Shown piece by piece: positions 30,978-39,584 of a DNA stretch of 64,000 bases. Origin of the DNA: an uncultured Ramlibacter sp. (GTDB taxonomy: Bacteria > Pseudomonadota > Gammaproteobacteria > Burkholderiales > Burkholderiaceae_C). Below the pieces are notes generated by a model, which searched no databases, was not told the DNA's origin, and saw only the letters and a program-made list of their open reading frames with translations. Both the position numbers and the translations under genes were made by a program. Each line of letters opens with the position of its first letter. Positions within the stretch are counted from its first letter, which is position 1. The stretch lies in the NCBI RefSeq assembly GCF_936925435.1, contig NZ_CAKZHQ010000043.1, forward strand, positions 8,859 to 72,858, in the 5' to 3' direction.

Positions 30978-31763
30978 TCAGGGCCGCACGGCCGGCGTCT
31001 CCACCGCCATGCCCATGGCGCGCGCCGCCAGGTGCAACTCCAGCGCCACCATGTCCGGGCTGTTGGCGGCAAAGGGCTCGGCTCGCACGCCGGTCAGGCA
31101 GCCGCGCAGGCGGCGTTGCAGCGAGCCCAGGCCCTGCCATTCCAGCCGGTAGACCGGGTAGCCTGTCGCATGGCCTTGCGGGATGGTGCTGCCCGCGAGC
31201 TTGCCGCCGGCCAGCTGGTCGTGGCACTGGGCACAGGACAGGTCGAGCTGGCCCAGGCGCTGTGCGAACAGCTGGGCGCCGCGCTCGCGCAGGGGCGCCA
31301 GCCGCGGGTCGGCATCGGGCGCCATCGGAAGTCCGCGCGACTGCATGGCCACATAGGTTTCCAGGCCCAGCAACTGCGCGTGTTCCGCGCCCCAGGCCGG
31401 CAGCTGCTGGTGGCGCTGGCGGCACAGGTTGATGCGCATGCCCAGGTTGACCGCGCTGGCCGAGGTCGCATCCCACGCGGGATAGCGCGCCGCCACGCCG
31501 GCCATGCTGGTGGCCGCCTCCCCGTGGCAGCTGGCGCAGGAGCGCGACTGCGGGCCCTCGGCCTTGCGCCACAGGGCCTGGCCGTCCTGCACCCAGAGCA
31601 TGGCGGGATTGGCGTTGTCGTCGCGCTGCATGGCCTGGACGTCCGGTCCCATGAAGTCGAAGCTCGAGCGGCGCGCGTCGAGGACGGGCGAGGGGGAGGG
31701 CGGGGCGGCCGCGCAACCCAGCAGCACGGCCAGCAGCGCAGTGGCGAGCGCGCGCCGGCTCAT
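30978..31763 (-). CDS. soxA: SoxA-like dihaem cytochrome c (lipobox signal)
   Basis: Real part of ORF 30978..32150: MSRRALATALLAVLLGCAAA. Two CxxCH motifs (CASCH, CAQCH). RRLRGCLTGVRAEP, the conserved Cys-ligand region. ATG overlaps the soxZ stop. Confidence 0.8.
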   Translation of the reverse strand: MSRRALATALLAVLLGCAAAPPSPSPVLDARRSSFDFMGPDVQAMQRDDNANPAMLWVQDGQALWRKAEGPQSRSCASCHGEAATSMAGVAARYPAWDATSASAVNLGMRINLCRQRHQQLPAWGAEHAQLLGLETYVAMQSRGLPMAPDADPRLAPLRERGAQLFAQRLGQLDLSCAQCHDQLAGGKLAGSTIPQGHATGYPVYRLEWQGLGSLQRRLRGCLTGVRAEPFAANSPDMVALELHLAARAMGMAVETPAVRP

Positions 31764-32080
31764 GTGACGGACAAATCCACGCGCTCGGTCTGGGCGAAGC
31801 CGTTGTCGCCCTGCCACTCGAACTCCAGCGTGCCGGAGTCGGTCGCCAGCAGGTGGAACTGCAGGTAGGGATTGGCCGACACGGCGGAGAACAGTTCGGC
31901 CGTGAACACCGTCTCGCCGTTGTAGCGGCAGGCAAAGCGCTGGATGATGTCGCGCGGCTGCACCTTGCCCTCGGCGTTGGGCCGGAAACCCGTCTCCATG
32001 GGATGGGCGATGGTGGCGCGGATCTCCACCACCTCGCCCCGGCGCGCGGTCTTGGGGACGCTCAGCAGGGTGCGGGCCAT
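31760..32080 (-). CDS. soxZ: SoxZ-like carrier-complex subunit
   Basis: 106 aa. GEVVEIRATIAHPMETGFR...NGETVF...SANPYLQF, the SoxZ pattern. Confidence 0.8.
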   Translation of the reverse strand: MARTLLSVPKTARRGEVVEIRATIAHPMETGFRPNAEGKVQPRDIIQRFACRYNGETVFTAELFSAVSANPYLQFHLLATDSGTLEFEWQGDNGFAQTERVDLSVT

Positions 32081-32544
32081 CAGGGATCGCCCTCGATGCA
32101 GGCCGCCAGCACCACCACCACATCCATGCTGTCCGACCAGAAGCTGCCATCGCTCATGCGGGCGACGGCCACCAGCTTCTGGCTGGTCGCCAGGCGGACG
32201 CGGGTGGCCACCGCCGCCTTGCCGGCGCGCGGGCCCAGCGTGAACTTCGCCACCTCGCGCTGCGGGTTGCGCTCGTTGTAGATGGCGATCGCTGCCACAT
32301 GGTCGGCCGCTGTCATCGGGCTGTCGACGCTCACGCTGACCGGCACCACGTTGCCGTTGTCCACCAGTTTGGCGACCTCGAGTCTGACGCGGCCGCGCTG
32401 GATGAGGGCGCCGCCGGAATACGCTGCAAGCGCGGCGGCGAGCTCGGGCGCATCCTGGCTGCGCGCCGGCGTTGCCAGCACCATGGCGGTGCCCCAGGCC
32501 AGCAGCTCGCGGCGGCGGGTCAAGAGCGGTCTGGAGGCTGCCAT
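32080..32544 (-). CDS. SoxY-related carrier protein with non-canonical C-terminal arm (..VVLAACIEGDP)
   Basis: Real part of ORF 32080..32814: MAASRPLLTRRRELLAWG (twin-arginine signal), DNGNVVPVSVSV SoxY core. It ends LAACIEGDP rather than GGCGG. Confidence 0.75.
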   Translation of the reverse strand: MAASRPLLTRRRELLAWGTAMVLATPARSQDAPELAAALAAYSGGALIQRGRVRLEVAKLVDNGNVVPVSVSVDSPMTAADHVAAIAIYNERNPQREVAKFTLGPRAGKAAVATRVRLATSQKLVAVARMSDGSFWSDSMDVVVVLAACIEGDP

Positions 32545-32546
32545 GG

Positions 32547-32978
32547 CTAGCGCAGCGTGACCAGGTAGGCCACGACGTCTTCCACCTGCTGGGCGCTGAA
32601 CACAGGCTTGCCCTGCCAGGCCGTGCCGACGCGCGTCAGGCCGTCCGTGCGGTGGTAGGCCGGCATGATGGATTGCGGATGGAGCAGGCGCGCATCCACC
32701 AGGCGCAGGCGCAGCTGGCCCGCGCTCCAGCGTGCGCCCGTGCCGGCCAGGTCCGGCGCCAGATTGCCCTGGAAGCGTTCTTCGGGGATGGGCGCTGTAT
32801 GGCACAGCAGGCACAGGCCGAGCTGGCGGTTGGCGACGATGGCGCGGCCGCGGGCCGCGTCGCCCACCGCAGCGGCCAGCGGCTGGGCTATGGCATCGCC
32901 GGTCACGCTGTACGTGGCCAGGACCTGGGCCTTCGCGCCCAGCGATGCAAGCAGGAGGGCCAGCGCCACCAACTGCAT
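32547..32978 (-). CDS. SoxX-like monohaem cytochrome c
   Basis: 143 aa. Sec signal, CLLCH haem motif, IMPAYH (candidate Met ligand), VVAYLVTL C-terminus. Confidence 0.7.
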   Translation of the reverse strand: MQLVALALLLASLGAKAQVLATYSVTGDAIAQPLAAAVGDAARGRAIVANRQLGLCLLCHTAPIPEERFQGNLAPDLAGTGARWSAGQLRLRLVDARLLHPQSIMPAYHRTDGLTRVGTAWQGKPVFSAQQVEDVVAYLVTLR

Positions 32979-32988
32979 GGCGCGGTGC

Positions 32989-35175
32989 TCAGGCCCGCTT
33001 GAGGCTGTGGTTCTTCAGCGGCAGGTCGCGGATGCGCTTGCCGGTGGCCGCATAGACCGCGTTGAGCACGGCTGGCGCCGCCACCGCGATGGTCGGCTCG
33101 CCGACACCGCCCCAGAAGCCGCCGCTGGCGACGATCACCGTCTCCACCGCCGGCATGTGCTGCATCTGGACCACAGGGTAGGTGCTGAAGTTGTCCTGCT
33201 CCATGCGGCCGTCCTTGAGCGTGCATTCGCCGAACAGCGCCGCCGACAGGCCGTAGGCGAACGAGCCCTCGACCTGGGCTTCGATCTGCTGCGGGTTGAC
33301 CGCATGGCCGCAGTCGGTGGCCGCGACGATGCGGTGCACCTTGAGCTCGCCCTCGGCGTTGACCGAAACTTCGGCACAGGCCGCCACATAGCTGCCAAAG
33401 CCCATGGTCTGGGCCAGGCCGCGAAACACCTTCTGGCCGCCCACGTCGGGTGGCGGCGTGCCCCATTTGACGCGCTCGGCCACGGCATTGAGCACGGCCA
33501 GGTGCTTGGGATGGCTGGCCATCAGCTTGCGGCGCAGGGCCAGCGGGTCCTGTTTGGTCTCGACCGCGATCTCGTCGATGAAGGACTCCAGGTAGATCGC
33601 GTTCTGGTTCAGGTTGACGCCGCGCCAGAAGCCCGGCGGCACCGGCGGGTTGCGCATTGCATGGTCGATCAGCAGGTTGGGAAAGCTGTAGCCAATGGAG
33701 GCTTCGGGTCCCGGCGCGTTCAGGCCCTGGAAGACCACCGGATCGCGCCCGCCCTGCAAGGCCTGGGTCGAGATGCCGGCCAGGATGGACTGGCCCGAGA
33801 TGCGCATGTGCAGGGCCGTGATGTTGCCCTGGGCATCGAGCCCGGCCTGCATGCGGCACTGCGTGACCGGGTGGAAGCGGCCGTGCAGCATGTCTTCTTC
33901 GCGGCTCCACAGCAGCTTGACCGGCACGCCGGGCATCTGCTTGGCGATGTCCACCGCCTGGCGCACCCAGTCGTGCACCGCGCCGCGCCGGCCGAAGCCG
34001 CCGCCCAGGTGCAGCTTGTAGACCTCGCACTGGGCCGCCGGCAGGCCCGAGGCCTCCGAGGTGGCGGCCAGGGCCGCTTCCCCGTTTTGGGTGGGTGTCC
34101 AGACCTCGCAGCGCTGGGGCGTCCAGCGCGCCGTGGCGTTCATGGGCTCCATGGTCGCGTGGTTCTGGTGCGGGTAGGAGTAGAAAGCCTCGATGCGGCG
34201 CGGGGCTGAGGCCAGGGCGGCTCTGGCGTCACCGTTCTGGTTGCCGACCACGGCGTCAGTGGCGTCAAAGCCGGCCCGCAGGGTCTTGGCCACGTCGACG
34301 CTGGACAGGCCGGCGTTCGGGCCGTTGTCCCATTCGATGGGCAGGGCGTCCAGCGCCGTCTTGGCGCGCCACCAAGTGTCGGCGATGACGGCCACGGCCG
34401 AATCGCCGACCCGCACCACCTTCTTGATGCCGGGGCGCTTCTCGATCGCGGCGGCATTGAAGCTTTTGAGCTTGCCGCCAAAGACCGGGCAGTCCTTGAT
34501 GGCGGCATTGAGCAGGCCGGGCAGCTTGAGGTCGGCGCCATAGACCTGCTTGCCGGTGACCTTCTCGACCGTGTCCAGCCGCGCCATGCGCTTGCCCACC
34601 AGCTTCCAGTCTTTCGGGTCCTTGAGCGCCACATCGGTGGGCACGGCCAGCTTGCCGGCGGCATCGGCCACCTGGCCGTAGCGCAGCGTGCGGCCGCTGG
34701 GCACATGGGTGATGACGCTGTTGGCGGCGCGGCAGTCCGCCGCCGGCACGCTCCATTGCGTGGCCGCGGCCTGGACCAGCATGGTGCGGGCGGCCGCGCC
34801 GCCCTTGCGCACGTAGTCGTGCGACTCGCGGATGCCGCGGCTGCCGCCGGTGGAGAAGTTGCCCCAGGCCCGGTTGCGCGCCAGGTTCTGGCCGGGTGTC
34901 GGGTATTCGGTCGTCACCTTGGCCCAGTTGCACTCGAGTTCTTCGGCCACCAACTGGGCCAGACCGGTCAGGCTGCCCTGGCCCATCTCGGAGCGGGCGA
35001 TGCGGATCACCACGGTGTCGTCGGGCCGCACCACGACCCAGGCATTGATTTCAGGGGCGGCCGCGCCTTGCGCCGCCGCCTCACCGGCCAAGGGGATGTG
35101 GAAGGCCACGACCAGCCCGCTGGCAGCGGACGCCTGTAAGAAGCCGCGGCGGCGCAGCGATGCCTGGGCGCTCAT
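32989..35175 (-). CDS. molybdopterin-binding subunit of an IorB / aldehyde-oxidase-type hydroxylase (Tat-exported)
   Basis: Real part of ORF 32989..35388: [20 protein letters not shown] (Tat signal), [29 protein letters not shown] motifs. ATG overlaps the small-subunit stop. Confidence 0.85.
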   Translation of the reverse strand: MSAQASLRRRGFLQASAASGLVVAFHIPLAGEAAAQGAAAPEINAWVVVRPDDTVVIRIARSEMGQGSLTGLAQLVAEELECNWAKVTTEYPTPGQNLARNRAWGNFSTGGSRGIRESHDYVRKGGAAARTMLVQAAATQWSVPAADCRAANSVITHVPSGRTLRYGQVADAAGKLAVPTDVALKDPKDWKLVGKRMARLDTVEKVTGKQVYGADLKLPGLLNAAIKDCPVFGGKLKSFNAAAIEKRPGIKKVVRVGDSAVAVIADTWWRAKTALDALPIEWDNGPNAGLSSVDVAKTLRAGFDATDAVVGNQNGDARAALASAPRRIEAFYSYPHQNHATMEPMNATARWTPQRCEVWTPTQNGEAALAATSEASGLPAAQCEVYKLHLGGGFGRRGAVHDWVRQAVDIAKQMPGVPVKLLWSREEDMLHGRFHPVTQCRMQAGLDAQGNITALHMRISGQSILAGISTQALQGGRDPVVFQGLNAPGPEASIGYSFPNLLIDHAMRNPPVPPGFWRGVNLNQNAIYLESFIDEIAVETKQDPLALRRKLMASHPKHLAVLNAVAERVKWGTPPPDVGGQKVFRGLAQTMGFGSYVAACAEVSVNAEGELKVHRIVAATDCGHAVNPQQIEAQVEGSFAYGLSAALFGECTLKDGRMEQDNFSTYPVVQMQHMPAVETVIVASGGFWGGVGEPTIAVAAPAVLNAVYAATGKRIRDLPLKNHSLKRA

Positions 35176-35675
35176 GTCGTGCTCCCGTCGGCGTGCTGGA
35201 TGGCCAGGGCGGCGCTTTTGGTGTTGCCGCCACGGGCCACGACCTTGATGGCGGCGCGGATGCGGTTGTAGGTGCCGCAGCGGCAGATGTTGGTCATCGC
35301 CTCGTTGATGTCGGCGTCGCTGGGATTGGGCTTGTCGCGCAGCAGGGCGACGGCCGTCATGATCATGCCGCACTGGCAGTAGCCGCACTGCGGCACGTCC
35401 AGCTGGGCCCAGGCCTTTTGCACCGGGTGCGAGCCGTCGGGCGAGAGCCCCTCAATGGTGACGATCTTCTCGGCGGCGCCGACCGTGGACACCGGCCGCA
35501 CGCAGCTGCGGGTGGGGACGCCGTTGATGTGCACAGTGCAGGCGCCGCAGGCGGCGATGCCGCAGCCGTACTTGGTGCCCGTCAGGCCCAGCTGCTCGCG
35601 CAGCACCCACAGCAGGGGCGTGTCCTGCTCCGCCTCGAAATCGCGCACCGCGCCGTTGACGTTGAGTTTCGCCAT
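35172..35675 (-). CDS. (2Fe-2S)-binding small subunit of the Mo-hydroxylase (IorA-like)
   Basis: 167 aa. [12 protein letters not shown] and QCGYCQCG...CRCGTY, two [2Fe-2S] cysteine clusters. Confidence 0.9.
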   Translation of the reverse strand: MAKLNVNGAVRDFEAEQDTPLLWVLREQLGLTGTKYGCGIAACGACTVHINGVPTRSCVRPVSTVGAAEKIVTIEGLSPDGSHPVQKAWAQLDVPQCGYCQCGMIMTAVALLRDKPNPSDADINEAMTNICRCGTYNRIRAAIKVVARGGNTKSAALAIQHADGSTT

Positions 35676-35778
35676 GCATTGCTCCCGTGGGTGAGAAGAC
35701 TGGACGCGCGGATATTACGCCGCGCGTTGCGCTCTGACCATGGGAACAACGAGAAGGGCGGCGCGCTGCGCCGGCCGC

Positions 35779-36345
35779 TCACCTGGTGGCGGCAGTGTCC
35801 TGAGAGGCGTTCACGCGCCGGGCGCCGTCGAAGCGGCGCGCCCAGTAGGCCACGCCCATGTCCTCGACGCGGACCTGGGCACCGGGCTTGGGCGAGTGGA
35901 TGAATTTGCCGTCACCGACATAGATGCCGACATGGCTGAAGGTCTGGCGCATGGTGTTGAAGAACACCAGGTCGCCCGGCTGCAGGTCCTGCTTGTCGAT
36001 CTTCTGGGTGGCGGCTGCCTGCTCGTTGGCGCGGCGCGGCAGGATCAGGCCCACGGTCTGCTCGTACATGGCGCGCACGAAGCCGCTGCAGTCGAAGCCG
36101 GTGTCGGCCGAGCTGCCGCCGCGGCGGTAAGGCACGCCCAGGAAGCCCATCGCATTGAAGACCAGGTCGGAGGCGCTGTCGCGGGCGGCGATGGCGCCGA
36201 CTTTGACGCTGTTGCCCACCAGTTCCAGCCGGGTCAGCAGGCCTTTTTCCGCCATCAGGCGGCCCAGATCGTCCTCAGCCGTGGCGGGCGCAGCCTGCGC
36301 GGTAGCGCAGGTGAGGGTGATGACAAGGCAGAGCCAGCGGGACAT
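35779..36345 (-). CDS. C40-family (NlpC/P60) peptidoglycan peptidase
   Basis: 188 aa. Signal peptide, GFDCSGFV (catalytic Cys), SHVGIYVGDGKFIHSP (His). Confidence 0.85.
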   Translation of the reverse strand: MSRWLCLVITLTCATAQAAPATAEDDLGRLMAEKGLLTRLELVGNSVKVGAIAARDSASDLVFNAMGFLGVPYRRGGSSADTGFDCSGFVRAMYEQTVGLILPRRANEQAAATQKIDKQDLQPGDLVFFNTMRQTFSHVGIYVGDGKFIHSPKPGAQVRVEDMGVAYWARRFDGARRVNASQDTAATR

Positions 36346-36385
36346 GGGGCGCGAGCTTACCCTGTCTGAACCGGAGAAGTCAAGT

Positions 36386-36400
36386 TAGGTAATTTACCTA
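36386..36400. promoter_or_regulatory. perfect 7-1-7 palindrome TAGGTAA-T-TTACCTA in an AT-rich divergent intergenic region
   Basis: Read directly. Lies between the divergent NlpC/P60 gene (start 36345) and the PQQ-dehydrogenase gene (start 36504). Confidence 0.3.
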
Positions 36401-36503
36401 TGTCTTTGATTTATATAGTAATCATGGCGCATCCTGTAAAGCTGGGCCTGCAGCCGCCAGGTTTTACGGGAAGAATGGGTCTGGTTCAAGCCAAGGAATC
36501 CGC

Positions 36504-37604
36504 GTGAAAAACTTGCTGTTTGCGGCCGCTGTCTGCCTGTCGGCATGGGCCGCGCCTGCCGCCGCCCAGGACTGGAAGGTCCAGGAAGTGGCCGGTGCAC
36601 TGGAGCATCCCTGGGCCCTGGCTTTCCTGTCCGAGGGCAGGTTCCTGGTGACCGAGCGGCCCGGCCGCATGCGCGTGATCGAAGCCGACGGCAAGCTGGG
36701 CCCGCCGCTGGCCGGCCTGCCCCAGGTGGCGGCGGGCGGGCAGGGTGGCCTGCTGGACCTGGTGGCCGATTCGGCCGTTGCCCGCAACAGCACGGTCTAT
36801 TTCTGCTTCTCCGAACCGGGGGCCGGCGGCAACGGCACGGCCCTGGCCCGGGCCCGGCTGGCGGCCGACCGCAGCCGGCTGGAGGATGTCAAAGTGCTGT
36901 TCCGCCAGCAGCCCAAGGTGGCGAGCAGCCTGCATTTCGGTTGCCGCATCGTTGAGGCGGCCGACGGCAGCCTGTTCCTTACCCTGGGCGAGCGCTACAG
37001 CCGGATGCAGGACGCGCAAAAGCTGGACAACCACCTGGGCAAGGTCGTGCGGCTGGACAAGGAAGGGGCGCCGGCGCGCGGCAATCCCTTCGAGGGCCGC
37101 TCCGGTGCACTGCCGGAAATCTGGAGCCTGGGCCACCGCAACCCGCAGGGCGCAGCGCTGGCGCCCGACGGCAGGTTCTGGATCCATGAGCACGGTCCGC
37201 AGGGCGGCGACGAGATCAACCTGTCGCAGGCCGGCCGCAACTACGGCTGGCCCCTGGCCACCTTCGGCGAGAACTATGGCGGCGGCAAGATCGGCGCGGG
37301 CCTGAGCGCGCACCCCGGCACGGAGCCACCGCTGCACTACTGGGTGCCGTCGATCGCGCCGTCGGGCATGGCCTTTCTCACCAGCGAGCGTTACGGCCCG
37401 GCCATGAAGGGCAACCTGTTCGTGGGTTCCCTCAAGTTTGGCTACCTGGCCCGCATCGAGCTGGCTGGCGCCAAGGTGCTGCGCGAACACAAACTGCTGG
37501 AAGGGCAGGGCCGCATCCGCGACGTGCGCCAGGGGCCCGACGGCCTGCTCTATGTGCTGACCGACAGCGACAAGGGCCGGCTGCTGCGCCTGCTGCCGCC
37601 CTGA
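36504..37604 (+). CDS. PQQ-dependent soluble sugar/aldose dehydrogenase (YliI-like beta-propeller)
   Basis: 366 aa. GTG start, signal peptide, GLEHPWALAFL, GGLLDL, GHRNPQG, EHGPQGGDE, NYGWP. Confidence 0.85.
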   Translation: MKNLLFAAAVCLSAWAAPAAAQDWKVQEVAGALEHPWALAFLSEGRFLVTERPGRMRVIEADGKLGPPLAGLPQVAAGGQGGLLDLVADSAVARNSTVYFCFSEPGAGGNGTALARARLAADRSRLEDVKVLFRQQPKVASSLHFGCRIVEAADGSLFLTLGERYSRMQDAQKLDNHLGKVVRLDKEGAPARGNPFEGRSGALPEIWSLGHRNPQGAALAPDGRFWIHEHGPQGGDEINLSQAGRNYGWPLATFGENYGGGKIGAGLSAHPGTEPPLHYWVPSIAPSGMAFLTSERYGPAMKGNLFVGSLKFGYLARIELAGAKVLREHKLLEGQGRIRDVRQGPDGLLYVLTDSDKGRLLRLLPP

Positions 37605-37613
37605 AGGCCGGGC

Positions 37614-38261
37614 TCAGGGTTTGATCAGGCCCTTGCGCACCGCGTAGAGGGTCAGGCTGGCGATGTCGTTCAGGCGCAGCCGCTCCATGATGCGGGCCCG
37701 GTGCACGTCCACCGTCTTGGGCGACAGGCCCAGCTCGAACGCGATCTCCTTGGAAGCGCGGCCCTGGGCGATCAGCTTGAGGATTTCCACTTGGCGGTGG
37801 GTCAGCTCGTCGTCCGCCGTGGGCTCGGAGGGCTGCAGCAGGCGCTGGGCGATCGCCGGGCTGAAATAGCTTCCGGTGGCCATCACGCTGCGCACCGCCT
37901 GCTCCAGCTCGAAGGGCGGCGCATCCTTCATCAGGTAGCCGCAGGCACCGTTGGCCACTGCGCGCTTGACGAAGTCGACGGTGTCGTACATGGACAACAC
38001 CAGCAGGTGCACCTTGGGGTGGCTGGCGTGGATCTGGGAGATCGCGGTGATGCCATCCATGCCAGGCATGGAGATGTCGGTCATCACCACGTCGGGCTTG
38101 AGGCTGTCGACCAGGGTGATCAGTTCCTTGCCGTCGCGCGCTTCGGCGATCACCTCCACGCCGGCCACGAGGGACAGCAAGGCCTTGATTCCTGAGCGCA
38201 CGAGATCGTGGTCATCGGCAAGCACCACACGGATGGGCTGTGGTGCGCTGGTGTTTTTCAT
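37614..38261 (-). CDS. NarL/FixJ-type response regulator
   Basis: 215 aa. VLADDHDLVR, VMTDISMPGMDG, LTHRQVEILKLIAQGRASKEIAFELGLSPKTVDVHRARIMERL. Confidence 0.9.
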   Translation of the reverse strand: MKNTSAPQPIRVVLADDHDLVRSGIKALLSLVAGVEVIAEARDGKELITLVDSLKPDVVMTDISMPGMDGITAISQIHASHPKVHLLVLSMYDTVDFVKRAVANGACGYLMKDAPPFELEQAVRSVMATGSYFSPAIAQRLLQPSEPTADDELTHRQVEILKLIAQGRASKEIAFELGLSPKTVDVHRARIMERLRLNDIASLTLYAVRKGLIKP

Positions 38262-38285
38262 GGTCTTTCCTTGGACGCCTGAAGC

Positions 38286-39386
38286 CTATAGCACTGCGCG
38301 GATCGCGACTCCGACACCGGGCCGGGTGCGGATGTGAAGACGCCCGCCCGCCAGCTCGGTGCGCTCGATCATGCCGTGCAGTCCCACATTGTGTTCGCTG
38401 GTGGGGCCGGACAGCACATCTTGCTTGTCGAAACCGACGCCGTCGTCCACCACCAGCATGCCGATGGCGCCGCCGGGCAGGAAGCGCAGGCGCACCACGA
38501 CATGTGTAGCCTGGGCGTGCCGCACGATGTTGTTGAGAGCCTCCTGCACCAGCCGGACGGCCACCGAGGCGGTCTCGCCCAGGACGGCGGGCTCCTTGCC
38601 GCGCGAGGTGACGGTGTAGGCCAAGCCGGCCGGCTCGCCGATGCGCTGGACGGCTGATTGGACGGCCGCCACCAGGCCCAGCAGGTCCAACTGGGCAGGC
38701 CGCAACGAGAACGACAGGGTCTTGAGCTGCTTGACGGCGCCCTGCGCCATCTCCATCGCGGTCTCGGTGTGCAGCTTGGCGGCGTCCTCGCTGGGCGCGC
38801 GTTTGGCCGCGTGCAGGTGGATCACCATGCCGGTGAGGGTCTGGCCCAGCTGGTCGTGCAGCTCGCGCGAAATCAGGGTGCGTTCGCGCTCTTGCGCCAC
38901 CACCAGCTTGGCCGACAGCCGCTTCAGGCGCCGGTAGGCGGCATCGAGCTCCTGGGCCAGCCGTTCCTGTTCGAGCACGCGCCGGCGCTCGGCGATCACC
39001 CGCTCGATGATTTGCGGCAGTGTGCCCAGCTTGTCCTTGGTCAGGTAGTCCTTGGCGCCGCAGCGCAGCACGTGGACCGCCGCTTCCTCGCCGATGGCCC
39101 GGGTTACCACCACCAGCGGCGTGCTGCAGCGCCGCGCCAGCAGGATCTGCAGGGCTGCATACGGCGAGAAGCGCGGCATGTTGAAGTCGCACAGGATGAC
39201 GTCGAACTCCTGGCTCTGGGCCAGGGCTTCGGTGAAGCCGCCGGCGTCGTCCACGCGGTGCAGCAGGTACTTGCGCTGCGGATCGGCCCGCTCCAGCGCC
39301 AGGGCCATCAGTTCGACGTCGTCCGGGTTGTCCTCCACGCACAGCAGCCTGACGTCGGTGGTTTCGGGGGATGCGTCGTTCGGCAT
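38286..39386 (-). CDS. cytoplasmic histidine kinase with N-terminal receiver domain (REC-HisKA_3-HATPase)
   Basis: 366 aa, no hydrophobic segment. LLCVEDNPDDVEL / ILCDFNMP (receiver Asp), SRELHDQLGQTLTG (H-box), EALNNIVRHA, DDGVGF, GLHGMIER. Confidence 0.8.
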   Translation of the reverse strand: MPNDASPETTDVRLLCVEDNPDDVELMALALERADPQRKYLLHRVDDAGGFTEALAQSQEFDVILCDFNMPRFSPYAALQILLARRCSTPLVVVTRAIGEEAAVHVLRCGAKDYLTKDKLGTLPQIIERVIAERRRVLEQERLAQELDAAYRRLKRLSAKLVVAQERERTLISRELHDQLGQTLTGMVIHLHAAKRAPSEDAAKLHTETAMEMAQGAVKQLKTLSFSLRPAQLDLLGLVAAVQSAVQRIGEPAGLAYTVTSRGKEPAVLGETASVAVRLVQEALNNIVRHAQATHVVVRLRFLPGGAIGMLVVDDGVGFDKQDVLSGPTSEHNVGLHGMIERTELAGGRLHIRTRPGVGVAIRAVL

Positions 39387-39584
39387 TGTTGAGCAGGCGG
39401 TATTGCGGCGAGTTTACCGCGCGGGTTGCGCTTGCAAACCCTGTTGGCGCCGGCCTGCGCGTCCGCCCCAGATACGCCAGCTTAGGAATTTGCCCTAAAC
39501 CGTCCGCGCCAATCGCCTAAGGGCCCGGTTGCACCCAATGGTTTCATCGTTGCAGACGAAGTTGACCATGCAGGAGAGACCCCA

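Noticed and set aside
30978-32978. Annotating soxX-Y-Z-A simply as the canonical thiosulfate-oxidising Sox system
   Set aside because: No soxB or soxCD is in the window. The carrier arm is AACIEGDP rather than GGCGG. The set is 10 nt from an IorAB-type Mo enzyme. I therefore kept it as a Sox-like system of unknown substrate (see findings).
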